Positions 22,206-32,873 of a stretch of 64,000 nt of DNA are shown one piece after another. The number at the start of each line of letters is the position of its first letter. Position 1 is the first letter of the stretch. Where the stretch lies: positions 1 to 64,000 of the forward strand of contig OW569354.1 in NCBI GenBank assembly GCA_937625935.1, written 5' to 3'. Made by a program: the position numbers and the translations under genes. The DNA is from Tetramitus jugosus (Eukaryota; Protista; Heterolobosea). The notes beneath the pieces were generated by a model. That model saw only the letters and a list, made by a program, of their open reading frames with translations. It had not been told where the DNA came from and searched no databases.

Positions 22206-22698
22206 TTACTTTTCTCCGTGTTCCCGATTACGCTGTAGTTGTTGATTAGTCATTCGTTGCCGGTCTTCTTCACTTACGCTCATGAAAGAGTCAAGTTTCT
22301 TGCGTCCCCATGTCCGTAGCTGTTATACAACGAAAACACAAAATAACCAATAATCGTCCGGTTTAGCTCTTGCATGAATCAACAGAGAGGATGCTCAAAA
22401 AAATAATGGCAACACAAAAATGTCAAAAAAAGCTCATGCATACATCTTCCACGACCGTTCCTTTTCCAAGGTCAGAATAACCAAGAAAGTATGTAAATAT
22501 GAAAATGGATCCAACAGTTCTCGTGACATGATACGTCTTTGGAGAAAAAAAGAATTTGAACCAGCGTCCTCTTTGCTCTATCGGTATCAGCGTACTCGGT
22601 GTCACTTTTTCTTCTTTTGCAGGTGCAAAAGTGATGCGTTGTGTAGGTGCTCTCTGTTGTGTCGGTGGCTTAGGTGTTGATGTAGGTTGTTGGTGCAT
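22206..22698 (-). CDS. Small single-pass membrane protein (~122 aa), unknown function
   Basis: ATG 22698; intron 22443-22320 (GTATGC...ACAG) joins ...GTVVED to LRTWGRKKLD...GEK*; one hydrophobic segment. Divergent from the SppA gene. Confidence 0.65.
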
Positions 22699-22852
22699 TC
22701 TCAATCGATGTTTGAATAGAGTTGTTCTGTGTGCATCGGAGAAAACAAAAATTGTCTTTGCCGCTTTCTCGCCGGAAGAACAGCAATTGACCGACTTGGC
22801 ATAAAAAGCACCCACCTTTGCTGAGATCTCTCAACAACAACCACAAAAGCAA

Positions 22853-24862
22853 ATGTTCTTTACCAAGTCTTCAAGCAGCGGCAATGAGTCCCCAACTCCT
22901 CGCAAAACAAAATACACCAAAAGGTTTATCAAGTACGGTGGTGTTGCTCTCGTTCTAGGTATTGGTTATCACTTGATCCGTGAAAACTTGTTTCTGAGTG
23001 AAGAAGCAAAGCCTACGAAGCCAAACACGATCATTTATGTAAAAACCAGTCAAATTGCACATTCTGAACGTCACTTTGCAAAGCTAAACAAGTGGCAATC
23101 CTTCATGAACAGAGTCAAGGGCCCTGGAGATGTTCAATATGGCAATTATGACAAGTATTTGGAGCCTGTGATGCCACAGTACTGTTTTTTGGATTATTTG
23201 TCTAGTTTGGAGAAGGCGACAAATGATGAGAATGTGATTGGTATTGTGTTGGACAATGATGTGATGAATCTGGGTACTGCACAGTCGCAAGAGCTCAGAG
23301 AAGCACTTAAAAAGTTTGTTGATTCCAAGAGAAAGGATCAAGAAGCTAAAAAGTTGAGCATTGTGTATGCGGATCATTTTGTGGATCGAAATAGCTACTG
23401 GGTGGCTTCTGTGTTCCCAAGAGTGTTTCTGCATCCGACGGGCATGGTTGAAATGCCAAAGAACACCCATCGATTGTTCTATGTGAGAGATTTGTTGAAC
23501 AGGATGGGATTGGACGTACAAAAGTTTGTGAGGGAAGAGCACAAGCACGCAGCCAACGTGTTCACCTTTTCTGGAACAGAAGAAGAGTTCAAGAGTGATC
23601 GGCAGTTGCAGAATCAAGTGAATGATCAAAAAAGATTGGACACAGATACTTTTAACATGATATTGTCTGATGTTGAAAAGTCGAGAAGAAAGCAGATTGC
23701 AGTGGGTAATCAAATGAGTGAAACTGAAGTGTACAACACATTGTCTCAGTTGTTCAAGCAGGCCATTACAGCAAAGGAGGCCAACAAGATGGGTCTTGTG
23801 GATGCATTGGACTACAAAGATTCATTGTTCAGAAATGTGATCACTGAGTACTTGAGAAATGATTCAAGTGCTATTTCTATTCAAGGTGTGCGACATCCGG
23901 GCGATTATACTATTGTATCACTCGAGGAGTACACGCACAATCGGGTATTGGAGCAAGGTGAAATGTTGCGAAAGTACTATGTCAATAAGAAGAAGGAGAT
24001 TGCAACACCTGCTCCAACAAAGGTAAGAGATCAATCTCGATTCGATCGTGTTCACATTGGTGTCATCACCTATCAGGGCAATATTTCACGAGAAACCACA
24101 CACAATTTGTTGTGGCAATTGAATCAGGCACGTGCGAGAAATGATTTGGATGCTGTAGTTGTGCGTATTACATCTCCAGGTGGAGACAGTATTGCCTCTG
24201 ACACATTGAGACACTACTTGGAGATGGTCAAGCGATCCGGAAAGAGAGTCATCGTATCAATGGGTAATGTTGCAGCAAGTGGTGGATATGAATTTGCGCT
24301 ACCAGCTGATAGAATTGTTGCATCTCCTTCAACAATTACTGGATCTATTGGTGTCGTTGGTTTGAGACCAAAGATCTTGAACGAGGTTCTCGAAGAGCAG
24401 GGCATTCGCTCAAAGAAGGTTAGTGTCGAAGGCTGTGAAGACAGTTCTGACATTTTTGAGCCAATGACGACTTTTGAAGTAGAACAGAACAACAAGGTTG
24501 TTGATGCGCTCTATGATGATTTTGTGACAAAGGTTGCACAAGCAAGAAAGCTCACAAAGGAACAAGCCTTGCATGTAGCTCAGGGTAAAGTATACACTGG
24601 AAGAGAAGCTCTTGAGGTTGGTTTGGTTGATGAGCTCGGAGGATTCAAAGAGGCAGTTGATCTTGCGTGCGTCGGTGATCTGGCAGATAAGACTGGTTTC
24701 AAGCGACCATACATGTTGCATCCAATTAACGAACCACCAAAGAGTACTTATTCTGAACTGTCTAAGTACTTCCAATTTGCCTCATTCGTGAGGAGTTCGT
24801 TTACCAGCTTTGTAAATGGCGAGACATCGTATGAAAGCAAATCTGACATTAAGGATTTGTAA
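22853..24862 (+). CDS. sppA: Signal peptide peptidase SppA / protease IV (peptidase S49, long form)
   Basis: N-terminal TM; RITSPGG, VSMGNVAASGGY, TITGSIGV, QGKVYTG.EA...GLVDELGG. Confidence 0.9.
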   Translation: MFFTKSSSSGNESPTPRKTKYTKRFIKYGGVALVLGIGYHLIRENLFLSEEAKPTKPNTIIYVKTSQIAHSERHFAKLNKWQSFMNRVKGPGDVQYGNYDKYLEPVMPQYCFLDYLSSLEKATNDENVIGIVLDNDVMNLGTAQSQELREALKKFVDSKRKDQEAKKLSIVYADHFVDRNSYWVASVFPRVFLHPTGMVEMPKNTHRLFYVRDLLNRMGLDVQKFVREEHKHAANVFTFSGTEEEFKSDRQLQNQVNDQKRLDTDTFNMILSDVEKSRRKQIAVGNQMSETEVYNTLSQLFKQAITAKEANKMGLVDALDYKDSLFRNVITEYLRNDSSAISIQGVRHPGDYTIVSLEEYTHNRVLEQGEMLRKYYVNKKKEIATPAPTKVRDQSRFDRVHIGVITYQGNISRETTHNLLWQLNQARARNDLDAVVVRITSPGGDSIASDTLRHYLEMVKRSGKRVIVSMGNVAASGGYEFALPADRIVASPSTITGSIGVVGLRPKILNEVLEEQGIRSKKVSVEGCEDSSDIFEPMTTFEVEQNNKVVDALYDDFVTKVAQARKLTKEQALHVAQGKVYTGREALEVGLVDELGGFKEAVDLACVGDLADKTGFKRPYMLHPINEPPKSTYSELSKYFQFASFVRSSFTSFVNGETSYESKSDIKDL

Positions 24863-24881
24863 TTGAGAATAAACATGAAAT

Positions 24882-27800
24882 TTATATGTTGATACCAAAT
24901 AGACTCCATCTGTGGCAGCTCCTAAAGTGAGCTTTCTCATCAGCAGCATCAAACGTCGTTCCACAGAACCAGCAGAATTGTTGTTGACAGTTGCCACATT
25001 TCATAGAATTGCAGCCACGATGCTTTTGAATTGTAATGTTGCATTTTGGACAGTTTTTCACGTTTCCGGTTTCTTCCATCCATTTCTTAAATTGCTCTTC
25101 TTGTTCGTCCTTCCTTCTCACTTCATTGTCTTCGCATGAGATTCCTTCGTGCCATTCCTTCTTACATAGTCGGCAGAACAAGAGTTGGCAGTGTGTGCAT
25201 TTGATGCGTTTTTGAAGTGATTGGTTGGATGGGGTGGGAGGCGATCGGTAGGATGTGCTCATTGATGGCAGAGATTCAGACATATGGTGATGATCACAAT
25301 CCGATGGGAGATCTTCACAAGTAGATTGAATTCTCTTGTGTGACTTCTTGTTCACATATCCCTCCTCCACAGTCCTATCATTAATAATCATTGCATTACC
25401 ACATGATGGATTAGGACAGTAGACCAAATCGCCCATCTGAGAAAGTGCCTTCTGAAGCGCAATTCTATCAAATTTGTCAAACAAATCTGTTTTCTGTTTC
25501 GTGTCATTCAACAAAGCAGATCCACTTGTGTCTGTTGCAGTACCATCGGATACATTCCTAGATAGTTGCTTAATGTCAGAGATGGATAAGTTGCACTTAC
25601 AGTCATAATCTGGACACCGAATGGATTCTACTTCTCCACTATTGATCTTGACAGAGACATATTGCCTCAAGCACTGCAAGCAAAATTTGTGATCACAATT
25701 GTCCAAGATGAAAATGTTGGAAACTGGGTGTTCCTCCAAGCAGATCTTGCATTCGATTTGTATTTCATCAGGGGACGATCTCAATTCACTATTGATCTCG
25801 TGATCAACATTGTGAGATGGTTGAATCGAGTTGTTTGTATCATTCAATGACAACTTGCTTTGATACAGTGATAAAAGATCAGGATCAGTTGTCATGTTTC
25901 TCTTGCTCATGGGAGTAATTTTGGGGACAGGAATTGAACCCTGGTTTCTACCGCTATGATTTGGGATAGATTGATTCAAATTATTATTCTTGTTAGGAGG
26001 TGAATCAGAAACCATGACCCATTCATCCTCTCCGGCAGTGCTCGATGAGTTGTTCATGCTCGGTTGTTGATTCAAGTGCTTGTATCCACTGGCAATTTGT
26101 TTTTGACTCTTCTTCCATTGATCATACGATGCAGATGAAGCATGTTGTTGTTGCTGCGGTGGTGAATGACTTGCATTTGGATGAGCCGTGTTCGTAGAAT
26201 GAGTCATTGTGCCTTGATTCTTTGCTGGACTCGAGCCCAACAAAATAGGAGCAATATAATCATCTTTCAACACAGAGACACCATACGACAAATAATCGAG
26301 CATGTCATCTGATGATTCATTGTCAATTTTCAGTTCTGATGGATGATGTTTCATGTATTGCACATTGTTTGCCAAACAAGAGTTCAGTTCACTGTGAATC
26401 ACCCATCCTTCATAACTGAGCCATGCATCCTCTGGATTCTCATCAACCAACACCGGTGGTGGTGGCGATAATGACGATGGATTACTGGCATTGACATTGT
26501 TATTGGCAGGAGGAGTAGATGGTGACAGTGGAGAGCAAGAGGATGATGCTACAACGACAGGAGAACCAACTTCCTCACGATTCTTCTTCATGCTCGGTCC
26601 ATCTCTTTTTGCCTCATCTTCTGCTGAATATAACTGAGCTGCATCTTGACTCTTCTTCACACTTGCATCACCACTACTGACCAATGTTTGCTTCCGTAGT
26701 GCATCTGGATTTGCAGGATACACTCGAACAAAACACAGATTCTTGCACAGTCTCGCAATCTTCAACAATTTGACAATTTGTTTCTCCGATACTTGATTAT
26801 ACCTCAGATCGAGTTTCATCAGACTCGTATGATTCACATTCATATCCATTCCGTTCAACAAGTGATCACACCCTTGACTCGCAATACCCGTGTGACACAT
26901 GTTCAACAAATGCAGTGATCGATTGTAGCGCAGTCCATTTCCAATATGAACCGCAGCATTCACATTCAACTTGTTATGACTCAGATCCAACTCTCTCAAC
27001 TGTTTCCACTTGCCCAAATTCTCTCCAATCACCTCACATGCCTTGTCAGACAATGAATTGTGACTCAAGTCCAATCGACGCACCAATGACCCCTGTTTCA
27101 ACAATTGAACAATGGCAATGGCTTGTTGATCAGAAATGTTTCGTTTGCTGAGTGAGAGCACTGTTACTGGTTCACCTTGTTGGATGGCCCGACTGTACAA
27201 GTCGAGAATGACAAACAGTGGTTTGATTCGCAAGGATCGACACGTTTGAACGTATTGTTGTGCGAGAGAGTATTCGATGCGACGTTGCTTGTTGGACTGG
27301 TTGTTGGGCAAGAGTCGAATGTGACTTGAATGACATTGAATCGTATGATTATCAATCAATGATTGCACTGTAATGTAGCACTCTTGCTGTTGCTGTGACT
27401 GATGTTGTTGCTGTGATTGTGGTGGTGAGGATGACATTGGTACCATGGGTCTTTGATGAGTATGATGAGTCATATGATTGTTGTGAACATTTGTATGATT
27501 CATATTATTATTATTGTTATTGTTATTGTTGTAATAATTGATCTGATTCACCTGGTGATTGTGATTGCAAGTTGTTGTTGTCGTTACGATTGGTGAGGGA
27601 GATGATCTACCACGCATTGTCTGATGATGAGGAGGATGATGACTGTTGCTACTCATTTCTACCTTGGATGCAGCAGCAGCTGCTGTAGACATGGTTGGTG
27701 ATGCAGGTGGAAGAGGAGAGCTTGGTGGTATTTGACTCGTACTCATTGGAGGAGATAAATACTGTTGTTGTTGTGGTTGCTGTGGTACTGATTGATAATA

Positions 27801-28784
27801 TTGTTGTTGTTGAGGCAATGATGCTGTTGTTGCTGGGTAAATGGAGTAGTATGGTGGAGGAGGTTGTTGTTGTTGTTGATAAGCTTGATAATATGATTGA
27901 TACATGTATGCTTGTTGTTGCTGTAGGTGCAATTGTTGTTGTATTGACTGTTGATAGTATTGTTGGGGTGGAAGATGATGATTGGACAAGGGTGCTGTGG
28001 CCATGTAGTGAGAATAGGATGGAGATGGTGGCATGTGCTGTACTTGTTGTTGTTGTTGTTGCTGTGATGGTAGTGGTGATGTTGATGATGATGGTTGATT
28101 AGTGTGATTATGGTTCATTGGTGGTGGAGCATGTATCGTTGGATACAAGCTATTGTGATTATTATTATTATTCTGATGATTAGTGCTATTAGTCATATGA
28201 TTAGAGCTAGTCATTGGAGCAGGTGATCGCTGTTGAGCTTGTATCATAGCTTGTTGTTGTTGTTGATATGGATAAGCTTGATAATGTGGTTGTTGCTGTG
28301 GAGCTTGCATGAAATGATATTGTGAAGGTGGTGGCATCTGTTGCTGTTGAGAAGCTATAGACGAGGCCATTTGAGGTGGTTGAAATGACATCACTGGCCG
28401 TTGTAATGTAGCTTGATGGGAATTTTGTATTGACATTTTTGGCGGGAAAAGTGGAAAATTAGTCGTTGGCAAAGAGGATGGAGTCAATGGACTCGTCGGT
28501 GTCACCGGTGGAAACAAGTCTTGTTGAACTCGAGTCACCACATAGGTGTGATTGAAGCGAACATGCTGCTGTAGTTGCGGAGGCGGAGAAATGAAATGCA
28601 CCAGATCGCCCGGTAAAAATTCCAAAGTCGGAATCGTACTTCTTGTTGGTTGTTGAGGTACTGTGTTGCCCATGTGTGCGAGAGGAGAGTTTAGTGGTTC
28701 GTGATGGAAAGAGTATTTTTTGTCAAGATTGTTTTTGTTGCCTGTTGTTGTTCGTTGTTTTTTGTTGTTGTTTCCATGAGCCAA
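24882..28784 (-). CDS. Poly-Q/P region, RI-type LRRs and RBR (RING1-IBR-RING2) E3 ubiquitin ligase
   Basis: LRRs (LDLSHN, LDLRYN); RING1 CKICLE..CDHKFCLQC; IBR CPNPSC..CTHC..FCRLCKKEWH; RING2 CPKC..GCNSMKC..FCWFC. Start codon uncertain. Confidence 0.9.
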   Translation of the reverse strand: MAHGNNNKKQRTTTGNKNNLDKKYSFHHEPLNSPLAHMGNTVPQQPTRSTIPTLEFLPGDLVHFISPPPQLQQHVRFNHTYVVTRVQQDLFPPVTPTSPLTPSSLPTTNFPLFPPKMSIQNSHQATLQRPVMSFQPPQMASSIASQQQQMPPPSQYHFMQAPQQQPHYQAYPYQQQQQAMIQAQQRSPAPMTSSNHMTNSTNHQNNNNNHNSLYPTIHAPPPMNHNHTNQPSSSTSPLPSQQQQQQQVQHMPPSPSYSHYMATAPLSNHHLPPQQYYQQSIQQQLHLQQQQAYMYQSYYQAYQQQQQPPPPYYSIYPATTASLPQQQQYYQSVPQQPQQQQYLSPPMSTSQIPPSSPLPPASPTMSTAAAAASKVEMSSNSHHPPHHQTMRGRSSPSPIVTTTTTCNHNHQVNQINYYNNNNNNNNNMNHTNVHNNHMTHHTHQRPMVPMSSSPPQSQQQHQSQQQQECYITVQSLIDNHTIQCHSSHIRLLPNNQSNKQRRIEYSLAQQYVQTCRSLRIKPLFVILDLYSRAIQQGEPVTVLSLSKRNISDQQAIAIVQLLKQGSLVRRLDLSHNSLSDKACEVIGENLGKWKQLRELDLSHNKLNVNAAVHIGNGLRYNRSLHLLNMCHTGIASQGCDHLLNGMDMNVNHTSLMKLDLRYNQVSEKQIVKLLKIARLCKNLCFVRVYPANPDALRKQTLVSSGDASVKKSQDAAQLYSAEDEAKRDGPSMKKNREEVGSPVVVASSSCSPLSPSTPPANNNVNASNPSSLSPPPPVLVDENPEDAWLSYEGWVIHSELNSCLANNVQYMKHHPSELKIDNESSDDMLDYLSYGVSVLKDDYIAPILLGSSPAKNQGTMTHSTNTAHPNASHSPPQQQQHASSASYDQWKKSQKQIASGYKHLNQQPSMNNSSSTAGEDEWVMVSDSPPNKNNNLNQSIPNHSGRNQGSIPVPKITPMSKRNMTTDPDLLSLYQSKLSLNDTNNSIQPSHNVDHEINSELRSSPDEIQIECKICLEEHPVSNIFILDNCDHKFCLQCLRQYVSVKINSGEVESIRCPDYDCKCNLSISDIKQLSRNVSDGTATDTSGSALLNDTKQKTDLFDKFDRIALQKALSQMGDLVYCPNPSCGNAMIINDRTVEEGYVNKKSHKRIQSTCEDLPSDCDHHHMSESLPSMSTSYRSPPTPSNQSLQKRIKCTHCQLLFCRLCKKEWHEGISCEDNEVRRKDEQEEQFKKWMEETGNVKNCPKCNITIQKHRGCNSMKCGNCQQQFCWFCGTTFDAADEKAHFRSCHRWSLFGINI

Positions 28785-29099
28785 TTTGAACCTTGGACCA
28801 GGGAGATTTTTGGAATTTTTGCGCGATTTTCCAAGGCTCTTTCGAAGGATCTATTTTTGTTTCTATGGAATACAACCAACGAATGAATGTGCCTACGTGA
28901 CGTGAATCATTAGGCCTCATGATAATGTTCGTTTGGATCGAAGAAGTGTGATGTTGTCTATATGTTTTGTGGATCCAAAACAGGGCTACGAACAAGAAAA
29001 AAAAGTAAATGAAAAGAACCAATCAAACGGCACTTATTTGTCGAATGAAATGATTGATATTTGTTCCATACTTTGCAGGTATGGTCGATAGTTATTGCG

Positions 29100-29720
29100 T
29101 TTTGTGACACCCGGCCTATTCAAGATATTTGGAAGGAAGCCTCACACTCGTTATGAGTTGATCACCATGTGATCACGGACAATGCTTTCCGTCATTTGAC
29201 TGGTATTCAGAAGCTCGAGATGTCCCATTGCAACCAAATCACAGACGGAGCTTCTTGTCATTCGACAGGCATCCACATTACTGCATCAAATCACAGACAA
29301 TACATACACTCAACATGAGCGGTTGCCAGAGTATAATGGCAAGGAATTTTTCACTTGACTGGAATTCCACTTGATGTCATCCATATACTTGATATGAGTA
29401 ATTGTAATCTCATCACAGATCAAGCCTATTCTTATTTGAGAGGCATTCACGTCAGGATGAGTGATTGCCGTCAAATCACAGACAATGCATGTCGTTAACA
29501 TTTGACTGGAATCCATAAGCTCTTTATGGATGGTTGTGATCAAATCACCTATCAAACCTTGCCACATTTGACTGGCATTCGCACACTCATTATGGACGGT
29601 TGCACGAAATACCAGGCAGTGCGTTTCCGCATTTAACTGGTATCCACACGCTTAGTATGGACGGATTCAAGCTAGAATCGATCACAGAGGCCATGTTTCA
29701 TTTTATGAGGGATTTTCGCA
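29100..29720 (+). pseudogene. Decayed LRR-repeat gene
   Basis: Repeated ITDNAFRHLTGIQKLEMSHCNQ / HLTGIHTL.M.GC units broken by frameshifts and stops. Confidence 0.8.
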
Positions 29721-29849
29721 TTCTCAGTTGGCGTAATAGCGGACGAGATGATTCTTTCATCAAACGGGTGGTTGACTTTTGGAAGCCCAATTCAATAATT
29801 TTCTTATGGGTATACTATACTAATTCAGCTACTAATCATTCACAGAAGT

Positions 29850-30440
29850 TTAAGTATCATCAAAGATGGCGTTGCGTAGCTCAAGGTGTTCATAGCCATG
29901 AAAGAGATCAATAGAGAGGTGATGTATGGTTATTGGAGATTTTTCCGCCTCTTCATCACCGACCTTAAGGTTGCTGTAGTTCAAGGAATCAATCAATATG
30001 TCCAATAAAATATCACAACTATGGCCAAGACAAGACTCTCGTACTTTTAAAAAATCCATCCAAAGCACGCAACTGTTCTTTGTGGCAACATATTTACTTC
30101 TTGCTCATTCTCGATTGATGCACCCTCGTATAAAGGATCAGTATTTTCAATTTTTGGAGGTATCTGTACATTCATAAGAGATTGTAATCTCATCATGGAA
30201 AGACTTCGATGAATTAGATATGTTTAGGGATTGGGAACTCAGGCTAGGAGAGCATTTAACGAGTCTGACAAGTGGTTCTTGTGTATGATATCGTTATCAA
30301 TCCTGCTAGAGAACAACACGAAAGCCTATTTATCTACCAACGATGATGCATTGGCTTCTATTGACTTCGTCCCACTAAATGCAGGATTGGTGGGCAGTGA
30401 ATCTTTGTGTAGATTGAATAGTGCAGTGTATAGTTAGTTG
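29850..30440 (+). pseudogene. Possible decayed HEAT-repeat (HEATR6-like) fragment
   Basis: INREVMYGYWRFF and SLSILLENNTKAYLS...FVPLN resemble remembered HEATR6/DUF4042 motifs; many stops. Confidence 0.3.
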
Positions 30441-31792
30441 TCTATCTGTTGAGGATTACAATGTTAGAAGTATCAGCTGGACTCTCTATCTCCGCTCTAT
30501 TCGAAGCAACATTCTTCTCGGCATGGAGGCACAAAGTGAGAGGGTTCTAGAGTAGTCTCCTACCTCAATACAAACTCAGCCAGATGGTGTTTAACTTCTC
30601 TATTCGAAATGGGAAGAGGTGGTTCCACCATTGTATGAACGTAGACACTATCTATTAATTATTGCCCTATAGTAAAGGGACTTTTAGAGGGACTAATGGG
30701 AAAAGGGAAGAGTTCTCTGACAGTAGATAGCTCTACTCAAGAGAAAATACCCACAGTATCCTGGGATTTACGCGCTTCTGAGAATAATGAATCATATCCA
30801 CCGCCCTGCTGTTCTTGAGAAGTATGATTTAACTTTGCTCGAGATCGAGAAGATGAGACATTTAACTAAGAATTTTGATGGATTGCATGGAGTGACAGAT
30901 GCCACATATGATTCACTTGTATTATGCAATGTAGGCTGTAAACATCTGATAGATTACATCGTGAAGCATCCGAGATCATATGGCAAGCCAATAAATAAAG
31001 CTAGTAGAGCAACGAACTGCGGGCAAGACTGACATTCATGGAATTGCATTACCAATGCTGGAGAATGCGCCAAGCTTATTGAATACTATCAAAGTATATC
31101 GGGCATACCTTAGAGTTTTGAATGCTTGTAGCACATTTTGGTCGTGGCTCTGATTTTCCCAAGTTGTTTGGAGCATACACAGACTTGGGTTGAAGTTGGA
31201 TCTGGATAAACGCTTGTCTGACACGAGATATGTATTTGTGAAGCATATTGAGAAGCCACCTAGATCTACAGAGAAAGCTTCTCTGAAACTAACGACGTTG
31301 TATGAGAAGTGTTATCCACATGGCCAGGGCAATGCAATTTGAGATGGAACACAGTGATTTCTGTCTAGAGTGATACCTGTTGATTATCAAACCAGGTGTC
31401 GACACACTGTGACTTGAAGTCCCAAAAAGCTCAATTTCGCAGCCTCCTTGCGAGCAAAATCCGAGCCATCCTTGCGACCGGACGGTTGATGACACCTTAG
31501 TGATCCATGTTCAGGATCAACAGATCACCGGATTATTAGTCACCGAAGTTTTTTGCAAGAAAGTGCTGTGGTCAAAACTTCGCCTTAACTTGGCTTGTTC
31601 GTTTGACTTAAGGGTCAAAAAAACCAGTTCTATTTCTCCAATAAATCATCACAATCATTTTGACCATTTTTAAGAATGGGTGAGTCTTCACTGTTTGTTC
31701 AAGACTTGTACTGTCTGTCGTCCATTGTAAAGTAATTTTGCGAAATTTCATTCACTTTCAGTTGGCGAGAACATCAACAAACCAACCGAGAT

Positions 31793-32452
31793 ATGCCGAG
31801 CACATTTACTATTATAAAAATCAATCATAAAAACAATAATGGCGATAAAACGTACCATTTGTTGTGTTTTGTGGAGTTTCAGGAACCCAATGAGGTTTTG
31901 AAATTGATTTCTAAAACTTTGAAGTTCGACATTGATCATCTATCGGTAGACAAGCACACCATTAATAAAAAGGTTGATTTTGAAGCCGCCTATAAAGATG
32001 ATGAAAAATTGGTTGTGACTGTAACCAGCAACTCATTTGATGAAGACAAAATTCACTTGGTTCTTAATCAAACTGTTGGTGAATTACATGATGGGTTCAT
32101 ACTCTCAGGAGACAGAAAATTCACAAGCTTGACAGCTTTCGCAATCCATGTGATGGGGTACCGAAACGGCAAGATTATTGACGCTCTCCTTTACCATTAC
32201 AAAGGAATACACGGGCGCATTGATGAATTCCCAGCGAACAGAAGTTTGGTGGCCAAGGAAAGACTCTCATACCTGTATAAATCCATTCAAAGCAAGGAAG
32301 AGAAGAGAAACGAAGTTGAGAAGATAACAAATCACATGGAACATCCAACTCTACGAAAACGACCATCCCCCAAACACAGCCAACAAAGCGAATCATCGGA
32401 CAACAGCGCACCGAAACAACCACCAGATAACAAAGGTACAAAGAATCTTTAA
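31793..32452 (+). CDS. Hypothetical protein with a probable RAMA domain
   Basis: 219-aa ORF; GELHDGFILSGDRKFTSLTAFAIHVMG..NG...YHYKG fits the RAMA pattern DG.I...G..F.S.SAFA. Confidence 0.6.
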   Translation: MPSTFTIIKINHKNNNGDKTYHLLCFVEFQEPNEVLKLISKTLKFDIDHLSVDKHTINKKVDFEAAYKDDEKLVVTVTSNSFDEDKIHLVLNQTVGELHDGFILSGDRKFTSLTAFAIHVMGYRNGKIIDALLYHYKGIHGRIDEFPANRSLVAKERLSYLYKSIQSKEEKRNEVEKITNHMEHPTLRKRPSPKHSQQSESSDNSAPKQPPDNKGTKNL

Positions 32453-32873
32453 GAATAATATATTATGTCTCAAGTCTGGAGCTTTGTCACAATGAGACGA
32501 AAGATCAGAATATTGAGTGAATCACGAGACTGTTCATTGTCGGTCACGTCTTGCTTATTCGATTTCCAATTGTTGGAGGCAGCCACACAACATAAGTGAT
32601 AGTAATCTCATCACGGATCTTATTGTCATTCACGCACAACACAAAGTATCGCATCTGACGACCCAATCAATGATTTCATTAGCAATGTTGCTGGCAGGCA
32701 GTGGAGAGCCCACAAAATATTCACTCTCAAGATGTGGATAGTGGGTGAGACTATTTTTGCATTAAAAAGGTCGTCGAATATTGGGAGTCCAATTCAATAC
32801 TCTTTTCTTCCAATATCAGAAATCCTAAGGTTTGCTTGCATAAGACAACATCCTATCCTTCTCTTCCTCATTG

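Noticed and set aside
32453-32873. 420-nt gap between convergent genes as an extra exon or ncRNA
   Set aside because: No convincing splice path, ORF or stem set found by eye.
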